Shown here: positions 47,935 through 57,234 of the stretch, piece by piece
Numbering within the stretch: the stretch's first letter is position 1
Layout: every line of letters begins with the position of its first letter
NCBI GenBank assembly: GCA_000402815.1
Contig: AQSA01000011.1
Coordinates: 1 to 59,199 of the forward strand
Reading direction: 5' to 3'
DNA length: 59,199 nt
From: Candidatus Neomarinimicrobium atlanticum
Lineage (GTDB): Bacteria; Fidelibacterota; Marinisomatia; Marinisomatales; Marinisomataceae
Notes under the pieces: model-generated
What the model was told of the DNA's origin: nothing
Database searches by the model: none
Seen by the model: the letters and a program-made list of their open reading frames with translations, nothing else
Position numbers and translations under genes: made by a program

Positions 47935-48890
47935 GCTAATTTTTTTTTAAGAATGTCAATTGATTCAACGGCGTCAATATCAACATTATTTAAGTGTCCG
48001 CACCAGTAACTGAACCAATCCAGGTAATTTAATAAGTAGAATAATCCGCTAAGGTCATTTTTAAGTTTTGATGGAATTTGAATATGGTGGTTTGAAGAAG
48101 TTTTATGTTTTAATATTTCATTAGTAATATTCATCCTCTTAACATTTTGAGGCCAAGTAATATCAATCCAAATCAAAGAAAAGAAGCTTTTATCAATTAA
48201 TTTATTTTCCCACCCTATAATGTCATTATGATTCATCTCTGGTAAAGTAACATTATAAGATAACATTTTACTATTCTCATTCAATTGACACTTTAAGCGA
48301 TATCCAATAGAAGATAAATCTTCCTCCGTAATAATAACTGGAAATGTAGAATGAGTTTTCTTAGCTAAAGCAAATACTTCAGAACTCTCTAACGAAAATT
48401 TATTAGAGTATTCTTGAAGAAGTTCTATATTAAGCAATTCAAGTAATTCATCTTCATCTAAAAGTTTTATTAATACTGCAAGAGTATATCCAAGAATAGA
48501 TCTTGGAGGGTATCCTTGAGGAAGAATGTGAAAATCATGATTATCTTTCTTTAAAGATTCTAAGAGCTCTCCCCCAGATGTTATTCCAAAGATATTTTTT
48601 GTAAAACTTGATGCATGCCTATAATACGAAAGAGCTTCTTCTGTATTTCCAGAATAAGAAGAGATAATCAATAAGGTATGTTCATCTATTATAGCATTTG
48701 GAAAATAATTTCTTTCAACTATGATTTCAAGGTGAGGAGAAATATCTTTCATTATCGATCCAGCAATAGCTGACCCTCCCATGCCCATAATTACAATCCT
48801 ATGAATCTTACCTAAATCTAATGATAGATCTTTAGTATCGTTAATTGCATCAGCTACTTGAGCTGGAAAATTTTTTATTTCATTAAACAT
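47931..48890 (-). CDS. Bifunctional phosphoglucose/phosphomannose isomerase (SIS fold)
   Basis: GMGGSAIAG, SSYSGNTEE, QLNENSK, PEMNHN. Confidence 0.88.
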   Translation of the reverse strand: MFNEIKNFPAQVADAINDTKDLSLDLGKIHRIVIMGMGGSAIAGSIMKDISPHLEIIVERNYFPNAIIDEHTLLIISSYSGNTEEALSYYRHASSFTKNIFGITSGGELLESLKKDNHDFHILPQGYPPRSILGYTLAVLIKLLDEDELLELLNIELLQEYSNKFSLESSEVFALAKKTHSTFPVIITEEDLSSIGYRLKCQLNENSKMLSYNVTLPEMNHNDIIGWENKLIDKSFFSLIWIDITWPQNVKRMNITNEILKHKTSSNHHIQIPSKLKNDLSGLFYLLNYLDWFSYWCGHLNNVDIDAVESIDILKKKLA

Positions 48891-48891
48891 G

Positions 48892-49851
48892 TTATTTCTC
48901 TCTTTTTAAAATCATATTTAGCAATGATATCATGTTATCTTGAACTTCATTAGGAAGAGATTTTATTATATCCTTACATTTATTATCAAAATTTAGTAAC
49001 AATTCCTTTGATTTTTCAATAATACCAGAATTTTTATAATATTCTTTCAGTAATTCCTTTTTTTCTACAATAGAACGGTTTTTTATTTCTTCTTGAAGCT
49101 TGTTCCAAGCGTCTTTATCTTGGTCCAACGCCATACTTGATAAAATTGTTTTTTTACTTCTTTCTATGTCAGAATTAGTTCCTTTTCCCATATTTTCTGA
49201 AGAAGTTGACATTTCAAGTATATCATCTTGCATTTGAAAAATTACTCCAAGATTTCTACCTATTTTTTTAAATTGAGGTTTAAACTGTAAATAATCATCA
49301 CTTATTAAACATGATATTTCAAAGCATAGCTCAAACAAAGAGCCTGTCTTTTTTTCACTCATTAAAATATATTCATCTACAGAAACATTTCTTGATTCAA
49401 ATTCCATATCATATGCTTGGCCTTCACATATCTCTAATATCACTTGGTTATATCTGATTAAAATTTCTAATGTATTCTTTTTAATTTTTCCAATAAAAAT
49501 TGGTCCAAGCGCCCCTAGGCCATCTCCAGATAGAACAGCATGGGCATTATCCCATTTTTTATGAATAGTAGCTACGTTATGCCTTAAATCATCTCCATCC
49601 ATTATATCATCATGTACTAATGTGAAATTATGTAACAATTCTACACCCATTGCACCGTTGATAGTATCTTTTGGATTATTATTGAACACATCTCCTAAGT
49701 ACTGCACTATAAGTGGCCTTAATCTCTTTCCTTCAGAATTTATGATGTATTTAATAGGATCATAAAGATATGATGGACCTTCCAATTCTTGCAGTTTTGC
49801 TAGTTCTTTTAGAAAAAGATTTTTGTAATCTTGATTGCTTTTAACTCTCAT
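48892..49851 (-). CDS. Short-chain polyprenyl diphosphate synthase (FPP/GGPP type)
   Basis: GKRLRP, FTLVHDDIMD (Phe five residues before the first Asp), GQAYD, KTG, QMQDD. Confidence 0.9.
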   Translation of the reverse strand: MRVKSNQDYKNLFLKELAKLQELEGPSYLYDPIKYIINSEGKRLRPLIVQYLGDVFNNNPKDTINGAMGVELLHNFTLVHDDIMDGDDLRHNVATIHKKWDNAHAVLSGDGLGALGPIFIGKIKKNTLEILIRYNQVILEICEGQAYDMEFESRNVSVDEYILMSEKKTGSLFELCFEISCLISDDYLQFKPQFKKIGRNLGVIFQMQDDILEMSTSSENMGKGTNSDIERSKKTILSSMALDQDKDAWNKLQEEIKNRSIVEKKELLKEYYKNSGIIEKSKELLLNFDNKCKDIIKSLPNEVQDNMISLLNMILKREK

Positions 49852-50581
49852 TTAATTCTTCTAATATTTTTTGTGTGTCCTTGTAGCCATCTTCAGCTGA
49901 GGGCTCTCCGGCTTGATATACAGAACAATTTGGCATTTCATTCATAATCTTAGCTAATGGATAATCATTACCACCCTCCATTGTTCTATCTCCTATAAAA
50001 ATATACTCTTCATCTGAATAGAATTTTTTAACCTCACTTAATACTTGAGACTTATTCATACCTCTAGGTGTAATATCAATAGATATTTGTCCACCTATTA
50101 CAGCATCGAGGTTATCCCACTTAGTTATAATTTGAATAGCAATATCTGCTCTTTCTTGGCTTTTTACATCATATTCAAAATAATCCAATCTTTCCTCTAA
50201 AGAACAATCTCTGCCTACAATACTAAAGTTTAACATTGAACCTCTATCTTCAATGTGATTGCCAGATCGTACTGGATACTTGCTTTTTTTTATTTCTTCT
50301 TTTAAAAAAGACAATAACTCTTCTGATGGTTTAAACTCATGATTATAGGATAATTGATTGTTTAACCACAATTGATTACCCCCACATGTAAATACTCCAT
50401 CTGAAAGGTCAAGAATATATTGAGGAACTTGTTCTTGAATTTTCTCTAGATTACTTCCACTAACAAGGAAAAAAATGTGTTCATTTGCCCATTTAGAAAA
50501 AAACTGTTCAAAATCAGGGGTCATTTCTCTTCTTGATGGAGTAAGCGTTCCATCCATATCAAAAATATAAATTTTTTTCAT
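49841..50581 (-). CDS. HAD-IIB phosphomannomutase, eukaryotic PMM2/Sec53 type
   Basis: FDMDGTLTPSR, VSGSN, RGSMLNFSIVGRDCSLEER, GGQISIDITP, FIGDRTMEGGNDYP. Confidence 0.85.
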   Translation of the reverse strand: MKKIYIFDMDGTLTPSRREMTPDFEQFFSKWANEHIFFLVSGSNLEKIQEQVPQYILDLSDGVFTCGGNQLWLNNQLSYNHEFKPSEELLSFLKEEIKKSKYPVRSGNHIEDRGSMLNFSIVGRDCSLEERLDYFEYDVKSQERADIAIQIITKWDNLDAVIGGQISIDITPRGMNKSQVLSEVKKFYSDEEYIFIGDRTMEGGNDYPLAKIMNEMPNCSVYQAGEPSAEDGYKDTQKILEELNES

Positions 50582-50596
50582 TTTTTAGCTCTATGA

Positions 50597-51958
50597 TTAA
50601 ATAGTTTTAAAATATCTTTTAGCCTCTTTTTTAATATGAGGCGATAAGTAAATTGCTGATATCATAGTAGGAAAAGCCATTAAAGCAAACATTGCATCTA
50701 CGATATTAACAGCTAAATCTAATGATAGCACAGAACCAAGAACAAGCGTTATAACGTAAAAAATTCTATAGTATACTTTTGAACCTGTACCAAACAAATA
50801 AGATGCACATTTACATCCATAGTAAGAATATCCAAACATAGTAGACAGTGCAAAAGTTGCTACTGAGAAAATAAGAATAAAGTCGCCAACTACTCCAAGA
50901 TGATTAGCAAAAGATTTCTGTGTTAAACTAACCCCAGAAAACTCTCCTGTCATCCAATCACCAGATAACAATATAACAATTCCTGTTATAGTACATACGA
51001 TGATTGTATCAATCACTGGTCCTATCATTGCTACAAGACCAGATCTAATTGGCTCATTATTTTTCGATGCTCCAATAGCCATCACTTCTGTACCCATGCC
51101 AGCTTCATTTGAAAATGCAGCTCTTCTAAAACCCTGGCTAATTACTACAGCCGTTCCTACGAAACCTCCAGCTACTGAACTTCCGTTAAAAGCACTGCTT
51201 ATAATTAAATTAAAAATTGATGGTACCAATTCAATATTTGTAAAAACTATAAATAATCCAGCAGACATATAAATCACCACCATAAACGGAACAATTCTAG
51301 AGGCAACATCAGCAATACGTTGAAGACCCCCAAATATTACTACCGATACAATTAATGCAATTATAATTCCTATAGTTAAGTCTAACGGAATTGATGAAGC
51401 AATATTTGGATTTGTTTTAATCAATTGATCTGATAGTATTTGAGTTAACTGATTTACCTGCAACAGAGATAAACATCCAACAAGTCCAGCAATACTAAAC
51501 CAATATGAAAGGAATTTAAATTTCTTACCCATACCTTGCTCAATAACATACATAGGACCGCCCTGCAATTCACCATCAGAATCATGACCTCTAAACATGA
51601 TCCCTAATGAGCAGGTAAAAAATTTAGTCGCCATTCCAACTATAGCGCTAATCCACATCCAAAATAATGCTCCAGGACCTCCTAGAGATATAGCAACAGC
51701 TACACCAGCAATATTTCCTATTCCTACGGTACTTGAAAGCGCTGTGGATAGGGCTTGAAAGTGCGAAATTTGACCATCATCGTTTGGATCGTCATACTTG
51801 CCTAAAAGTATGTCAAAGGCATGCTTAAAGTATCTAAATGGAGTTAATTTTGAATAAAATAGAAAAAATATACCTCCGCCAATAACTAGATTGGCTACTC
51901 CAAAGTTTCCCCAAAGGAAATTTGATAAATTTGCAAAAAAATTATTAATTAAATCCAT
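50597..51958 (-). CDS. Alanine/glycine:cation symporter (AGCS)
   Basis: STVGIGNIAGVA, GGPGALFWMW, GGPMY, RAAFSNEAGMG; start placed at MDLINN. Confidence 0.93.
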   Translation of the reverse strand: MDLINNFFANLSNFLWGNFGVANLVIGGGIFFLFYSKLTPFRYFKHAFDILLGKYDDPNDDGQISHFQALSTALSSTVGIGNIAGVAVAISLGGPGALFWMWISAIVGMATKFFTCSLGIMFRGHDSDGELQGGPMYVIEQGMGKKFKFLSYWFSIAGLVGCLSLLQVNQLTQILSDQLIKTNPNIASSIPLDLTIGIIIALIVSVVIFGGLQRIADVASRIVPFMVVIYMSAGLFIVFTNIELVPSIFNLIISSAFNGSSVAGGFVGTAVVISQGFRRAAFSNEAGMGTEVMAIGASKNNEPIRSGLVAMIGPVIDTIIVCTITGIVILLSGDWMTGEFSGVSLTQKSFANHLGVVGDFILIFSVATFALSTMFGYSYYGCKCASYLFGTGSKVYYRIFYVITLVLGSVLSLDLAVNIVDAMFALMAFPTMISAIYLSPHIKKEAKRYFKTI

Positions 51959-51980
51959 GATTAAGTAAGTTAACAATATA

Positions 51981-53075
51981 ATGAAAAAAATTGACTATTA
52001 TATCCTTCGAGAATTTTCGATCACATTTCTATTTGTATCTCTGTTCTTTACACTTATTTCACTTATTGTTGATATTTTTGAAAATCTAAATAAATTTATA
52101 GACAATGAAGTAACTAGTTCTGTCTTAGTTGAATACTACATAGCTGCCATTCCTTCAATGATTAGCGTTACTATTCCTGTAACATGTCTTGTAGCATCTG
52201 TATTCACATATGGAATGATGGTACAAAAAAAAGAATGGTTAGTTTTTAAATCATCAGGGCTAAGTCTTTATCGATTATCAATACCTATATTATTTTTGGG
52301 GCTATTATTAAGTATTGGATCATTTTTTTTTGACAACACCGTAGTTATAAAAAATAATAAGATACAAAACGAAATAAAGAAAAATTATTTACAGAAAAAT
52401 AAAAGTGTTCGTAAAGATAAGTCAATTTTTGAAAATGTTTATTTTCAAAAAAATCAAAGCGAACTCATCGCAATTGATAAATACAATAGTATGAATCAAG
52501 TAATCATGAATTTAAATCTAATGGAACTCAACGATGGGAAGATGCAAAAACGAATAGATGCAAAAAAAGGTGTTTGGGATTCAGAAAAATCTAAATGGAA
52601 TCTCAGAAATTTTTCTATAAGAGAATTTGATGATTTAGGATATGAAACTATTCTAGCTAGATCTAATCAAGACTCTTTGATAAGTTTAAATTTTTCTCCT
52701 GAAGATATAACGCAAACAAGCGGATCATCGGAAGAACGATCCTATAACGATCTAAGAGATCAAATTGCAACATTGAAAAGTAATGGAGTAAATACTTTAA
52801 AATGGGAAGTTGATCTACATTACAAACTAGCATACTCATTCATTAGTCTGATTGTAATTTTTTGTGGGATACCCCTATCTGTTTTTAGATCTAATACAAC
52901 ACTAGCATTTGGTGGGGGACTAAGCTTAGCAACAATATTTGCTTATGTAATTATATTAAAATTTGGACAGTCTCTTGGCTATGCAGGTGTACTTTCACCT
53001 TTCATGGGAGCGTGGTTATCAAATATAATCTTTATAGGTATTGGGCTATACTTGATGATTAACGCACGTAAATAG
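51981..53075 (+). CDS. LptF/LptG-family LPS export permease
   Basis: MKKIDYYIL, KKEWLVFKSSGLS, periplasmic beta-jellyroll, LHYKLAYSF, AWLSNII. Confidence 0.9.
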   Translation: MKKIDYYILREFSITFLFVSLFFTLISLIVDIFENLNKFIDNEVTSSVLVEYYIAAIPSMISVTIPVTCLVASVFTYGMMVQKKEWLVFKSSGLSLYRLSIPILFLGLLLSIGSFFFDNTVVIKNNKIQNEIKKNYLQKNKSVRKDKSIFENVYFQKNQSELIAIDKYNSMNQVIMNLNLMELNDGKMQKRIDAKKGVWDSEKSKWNLRNFSIREFDDLGYETILARSNQDSLISLNFSPEDITQTSGSSEERSYNDLRDQIATLKSNGVNTLKWEVDLHYKLAYSFISLIVIFCGIPLSVFRSNTTLAFGGGLSLATIFAYVIILKFGQSLGYAGVLSPFMGAWLSNIIFIGIGLYLMINARK

Positions 53076-53079
53076 ATAA

Positions 53080-53958
53080 ATGAATAAAATTCAAAATCCT
53101 TATGCTACTGCACTTGATGGACTAGTAATAAATGATCCTGTGTCTGCTTTTTTTGATTTTTGTCGTCAAAGAGAAAAAATTCGCTTAAAAAGAGAAAGTG
53201 GTGCTCCATATCCATGGACAGATGACCCTATTTTTCAACAAGGTCGCTTCCTAAATATTTTTCGAGAAGATGATCGTGGTAGCAAAGCAATTCTATCCTT
53301 TGCTAAAGATCTAGAAAACGATTTACCTATGCTAATTCATTCTTTGTTTTTTGCTCGATGGTGTAATAGGTCAGAAACTTTAAATCGAATATCCTCAGAT
53401 ATGTTACTTCATCCAGAAAAATTGATTCAAACACTAAAAACCTTTGACCCTTGGTGCAATATCAATGCCTACCCTGTTGAATCAATATATTGGAATGGAA
53501 TGCAACATAGCCGATTGGATGCAGCCACAGCATTATTTAGAGATATCAAAGAATCGTTAGCTAAAATTATTATAGAATCTAAAGGAGATGTGATCAAGGC
53601 TACACACTCAATTAATTCTCTTTTTAAAATGCAAAATAATTTTCCTATTTTTATGGCTATTATTGACTTGGCTTGGTTTCGCCCAGATATTATAAACCCA
53701 TCAAGTGATGTTCCAACAGGGATTGGTGCGGTTGCTTATCTAGACAGATTACAAAAATATCTTGAATTAGAAAATCACCAAGAAACGTGTAATAAGATGA
53801 TTGAATTGCAAAAAAAATATTGGCCTGAAGCTAAAAGAGAATTTAAACCTATTGATATTGAATATCTATCTTGTGAATGTAGAAAATATCATAGTTACAT
53901 AAATGGTACAAAATTATTTGAAGGAAAAAATATTTTTCAGCCATCTAAAACATCTTAG
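53080..53958 (+). CDS. 5-hmdU DNA kinase helical-domain homologue (aGPT-Pplase1-like)
   Basis: FCRQREKIRLKRESGAPYPWTDDPIFQQGRFLNIFREDDRGS and C-terminal DIEYLSCECRKY resemble this family's signature; recognised by motif only. Confidence 0.7.
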   Translation: MNKIQNPYATALDGLVINDPVSAFFDFCRQREKIRLKRESGAPYPWTDDPIFQQGRFLNIFREDDRGSKAILSFAKDLENDLPMLIHSLFFARWCNRSETLNRISSDMLLHPEKLIQTLKTFDPWCNINAYPVESIYWNGMQHSRLDAATALFRDIKESLAKIIIESKGDVIKATHSINSLFKMQNNFPIFMAIIDLAWFRPDIINPSSDVPTGIGAVAYLDRLQKYLELENHQETCNKMIELQKKYWPEAKREFKPIDIEYLSCECRKYHSYINGTKLFEGKNIFQPSKTS

Positions 53959-53964
53959 TATTGA

Positions 53965-54231
53965 TCATTTCTGCTTAGATGCCCATATAGCATATTTTTT
54001 AATAAGAGGATCTGATATTAGAGAATCTAAATTATTATAATTTCTTCCTAATTCTTTTTCAGAAAATTTCTTATGAATAAATTTGTGACATAAATGACAA
54101 AGATTTAGACCTCTTTCTCTCATTTCTTGCTTGGTAAATCTTTTTATGAACCATTTATTTCTATGATTCTTTCTAGGGATTAGATGGTGGAAAGTTAAAG
54201 GTTTTTCTCGATTACAAATTTGACAGTTCAA
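53965..54231 (-). CDS. Small HNH endonuclease-like protein (YisB-like)
   Basis: CQIC..TFHHLIPR...LCHLCHKFIH. Confidence 0.8.
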   Translation of the reverse strand: MNCQICNREKPLTFHHLIPRKNHRNKWFIKRFTKQEMRERGLNLCHLCHKFIHKKFSEKELGRNYNNLDSLISDPLIKKYAIWASKQK

Positions 54232-54233
54232 AT

Positions 54234-54713
54234 TTATTCTGCAGGGATTTTGTCAATTGCAGTGATAGTAAATTTTGTATCATTGCCTTGGATTTCTAAT
54301 GTAAAATCCTCATTAACCTTTTTTCCAATTATAGCCCTAGCAAAAGGTGATTTGTAGGTTACAGCTAATGGATAAAGATCTAATTCAGATTCGATAGGAC
54401 CTAAGATATAATAGTCTTCAGCTTTTTCTTTACCTTCCTCAAGTATAGCAACTTTATTACCAAATCCAACACTTTCATTATCGATATCGTTATCACCAAT
54501 CATCTTGAATGGAGCATGGGACTGCATTAATTGTATTTTATATACTAGTAAGCTCTGATGCTCTCTAGCTGCATGATATTCTGCATTTTCTTTAAGATCT
54601 CCCTGATCAGCAGCTTCTCTAATTCTTAAAGAAGTCTCTCTCTTCTCTTTATTAAGAGCTTCAATTTTTTCTATCAATATTCGATGTGTATCTTTTAAAA
54701 TTAAAGTTGCCAT
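54234..54713 (-). CDS. greA: Transcription elongation factor GreA/GreB
   Basis: GDLKENAEYHAARE, SPFARAIIGKKV. Confidence 0.92.
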   Translation of the reverse strand: MATLILKDTHRILIEKIEALNKEKRETSLRIREAADQGDLKENAEYHAAREHQSLLVYKIQLMQSHAPFKMIGDNDIDNESVGFGNKVAILEEGKEKAEDYYILGPIESELDLYPLAVTYKSPFARAIIGKKVNEDFTLEIQGNDTKFTITAIDKIPAE

Positions 54714-54715
54714 GT

Positions 54716-56320
54716 CTATAATCCTCCTGATTGAGTTTTTGGACCTGAATTTAAAATGTCTGAATCTGAAATGTTAAATTTCTGAAAATTCTTATTAAAT
54801 AATTCAGTAAGCATATTACCTGTCTTAAAATATTCATCAATGTTTTTCCAGCCTTGATCAGGAACTAAGAAATCATTATCGAAGCCTTCAAGATTGATGG
54901 GAATATCAAAATTAAAAAACTTATCTTTTACTGAATCATTAAAATCTAATTTATTATCTGTAATTAAATCAATAATACGTTTTGTAAGTTTTAAATCAAT
55001 TCTTTTAGAGCCTGAAGTAGCGTTAGATCCAGACCAACCAGTATTCACGAGATATATCGGGGCTTTATACTTTGATAATTTTTCTTGTAATAGCTTTGCA
55101 TAAACTAATGGATGCAAAGTTAAAAATGGTCCACCGTAGCATGGTGAAAATGTTGCTATGGGATCAACTATTCCTGTTTCAGTTCCTGCCATTTTGGCCG
55201 TATATCCACTAATAAAATGGTACATCGCTTGATTTGCATCAAGCCTAGCTAGTGGTGGCAAAATACCATAGGCGTCACAAGTCAAGAAAATAACAGCATT
55301 AGGATGTGGCCCTGCACTAGGCAATTCTTTAGAACCCAAAGAATTTTCAATAAAATGAATTGGATAGCATATCCTTGAATTTTCACTTTTTGCATTATCA
55401 TCAAAATCTACTTCTTTTGTTTCTAGATCATAGACAACATTTTCTAAAAGTGTTCCATGTTGAATGGCATTATAAATTTCTGGTTCTTTATTTCTATCTA
55501 AATTAATTGCTTTTGCATAACAGCCACCCTCAAAATTAAAAATTCCATTGTCAGACCATCCATGCTCATCATCTCCAATTAAAGGTCGGTTAGCATTAGT
55601 ACTTAAAGTTGTCTTTCCAGTACCAGATAATCCAAAGAATAGCGTTGATTCACTTAAGTCTTTTGAAACATTTGCTGAACAATGCATTGATAATACATTT
55701 TTAAGTGGTAGGTAATAATGCATTATAGAAAAAATCCCTTTTTTCATTTCTCCAGCATATTCTGTTCCACCAATAATTGCAATTTTCTTTTTCAGATTAA
55801 ATACAATGAAGTTTTCTGAATTAAGACCATATTTCTTCCAATCTTTCTCTTTAACATCATAAGCATTAATAATAGTGAAGTCTGGAGAAAAGTTTTCTAG
55901 ATCTTCTTTTTTAGGTCTGATAAACATATTGTTTACAAATAAAGACTGCCATGCTTTCTTTGTAACCATTCTTACATTAAGGTTATTGTCTTTATCATCA
56001 CCAGCAAATCCGTCGAAAACATAAAAGTCATTATCTAAATCGTTGTATGTTTCAGTCACCTTATCTAATAAATAATCAAAATTTTCTTCAGAGATTTTTT
56101 GATTTATATTTCCCCACCAAATATTTTTAGATGAGCCATCTTCATCAACAATAAATTTATCGTTTGGAATCCTTCCAGAAAATTCACCTGTATCTACCAT
56201 TAATGCGCCGTTTAGCCCAATGACGCCTTCTTTAAGATTAATAGAATCTTCAACTAGTTGATCGGCGCTAGAGTTACGATTATAACAACTATTCTTAATA
56301 TTTAAATAATCTAGATTCAT
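54716..56320 (-). CDS. pckA: Phosphoenolpyruvate carboxykinase (ATP)
   Basis: YAGEMKKG, MHCSAN, GLSGTGKTT, IGDDEHGW, NFEGGCYAK, FISGYTAK. Confidence 0.97.
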   Translation of the reverse strand: MNLDYLNIKNSCYNRNSSADQLVEDSINLKEGVIGLNGALMVDTGEFSGRIPNDKFIVDEDGSSKNIWWGNINQKISEENFDYLLDKVTETYNDLDNDFYVFDGFAGDDKDNNLNVRMVTKKAWQSLFVNNMFIRPKKEDLENFSPDFTIINAYDVKEKDWKKYGLNSENFIVFNLKKKIAIIGGTEYAGEMKKGIFSIMHYYLPLKNVLSMHCSANVSKDLSESTLFFGLSGTGKTTLSTNANRPLIGDDEHGWSDNGIFNFEGGCYAKAINLDRNKEPEIYNAIQHGTLLENVVYDLETKEVDFDDNAKSENSRICYPIHFIENSLGSKELPSAGPHPNAVIFLTCDAYGILPPLARLDANQAMYHFISGYTAKMAGTETGIVDPIATFSPCYGGPFLTLHPLVYAKLLQEKLSKYKAPIYLVNTGWSGSNATSGSKRIDLKLTKRIIDLITDNKLDFNDSVKDKFFNFDIPINLEGFDNDFLVPDQGWKNIDEYFKTGNMLTELFNKNFQKFNISDSDILNSGPKTQSGGL

Positions 56321-57234
56321 TTTTCACCTCTTGGATGAGATTTTTTTATTGTTTCTTGAAGCTTTCCAAGACTTACGTGGGTATAAATTTGAGTAGATGC
56401 TAAATTTTCATGACCTAATAAAGATTTGATAGCACTAAGGCCTACCCCACTATTTAAAAGATGCGTGGCAAATGAATGTCTCAATGCATGAGGCCCATAT
56501 GAATTCAAAGTTAATGTTTTTAAATTTTTCATTACTAAATATTGAATGTTATCTCTTGATAAATTTTTATCTTTTTCATCGACGAACAAATTATTATTGA
56601 AGTTTGTCTTAATCAAAGGATATTTTTTTAAAATTGTTAAATATCTAATAAGAAAATCTTTGGTGTCTCTGTCAAAATTTGCTAATCTCGTTTTATCACC
56701 TTTTCCTAGGACTCTTATTCTCTTATTAGAAAAATCTATATCTTTTAATTGAATAGATTTTAGCTCCGCTAATCTTAATCCTGATGAAAAAAAGAGCATG
56801 ATAATAGATTGATCTCTTAGTTTAATAATATCTGATAATTTTTCATTTTTATTAATCTGATCCAATACTTGAGAAATTTGATTCATAGATAAAAAAGTTG
56901 GGATTGATTTCTTGTATTTTGGAGAAGGATATGATTTAATCTCATTTAATACAATATCATCAATTACTCCCTCTGTATGTAAAAATTTATAAAAGGTCCT
57001 TAAAGCTGATAACATTCTAGAAAAAGATCTTGGACCAACAGAACTATTTAGACTGGCATGAAAATCAAAAATCAAATCTTTATCGATGTTAGAAAATTGA
57101 ATTTTATTTTTGTAAACGAAGTCAGAATATTGATCTAAATCAGATTTATAAAATTGAATAGTTCTATGCGAATATCCTCTTTCAAGCTCTAGGAATAATA
57201 AAAATTCTTTTTTATGGCTTTCAAATTTCATCAT
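56317..57234 (-). CDS. xerC: Tyrosine recombinase XerC/XerD family
   Basis: GLRLAE, GKGDK, PHALRHSFATHLL, LLGH, TQIYTHV. Confidence 0.88.
   Translation of the reverse strand: MMKFESHKKEFLLFLELERGYSHRTIQFYKSDLDQYSDFVYKNKIQFSNIDKDLIFDFHASLNSSVGPRSFSRMLSALRTFYKFLHTEGVIDDIVLNEIKSYPSPKYKKSIPTFLSMNQISQVLDQINKNEKLSDIIKLRDQSIIMLFFSSGLRLAELKSIQLKDIDFSNKRIRVLGKGDKTRLANFDRDTKDFLIRYLTILKKYPLIKTNFNNNLFVDEKDKNLSRDNIQYLVMKNLKTLTLNSYGPHALRHSFATHLLNSGVGLSAIKSLLGHENLASTQIYTHVSLGKLQETIKKSHPRGEK

Noticed and set aside
3806-55103. Antisense ORFs nested in housekeeping genes (e.g. 3806-4096, 6493-6855, 21552-21941, 28776-29141, 35555-35863, 42514-42951, 46459-46698, 51000-51272)
   Set aside because: Fully overlap well-supported genes on the other strand and show no motifs
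56317-57234. Tyrosine recombinase as a prophage or island integrase
   Set aside because: XerC-like size and motifs, overlapping housekeeping genes, with no att repeats or phage genes
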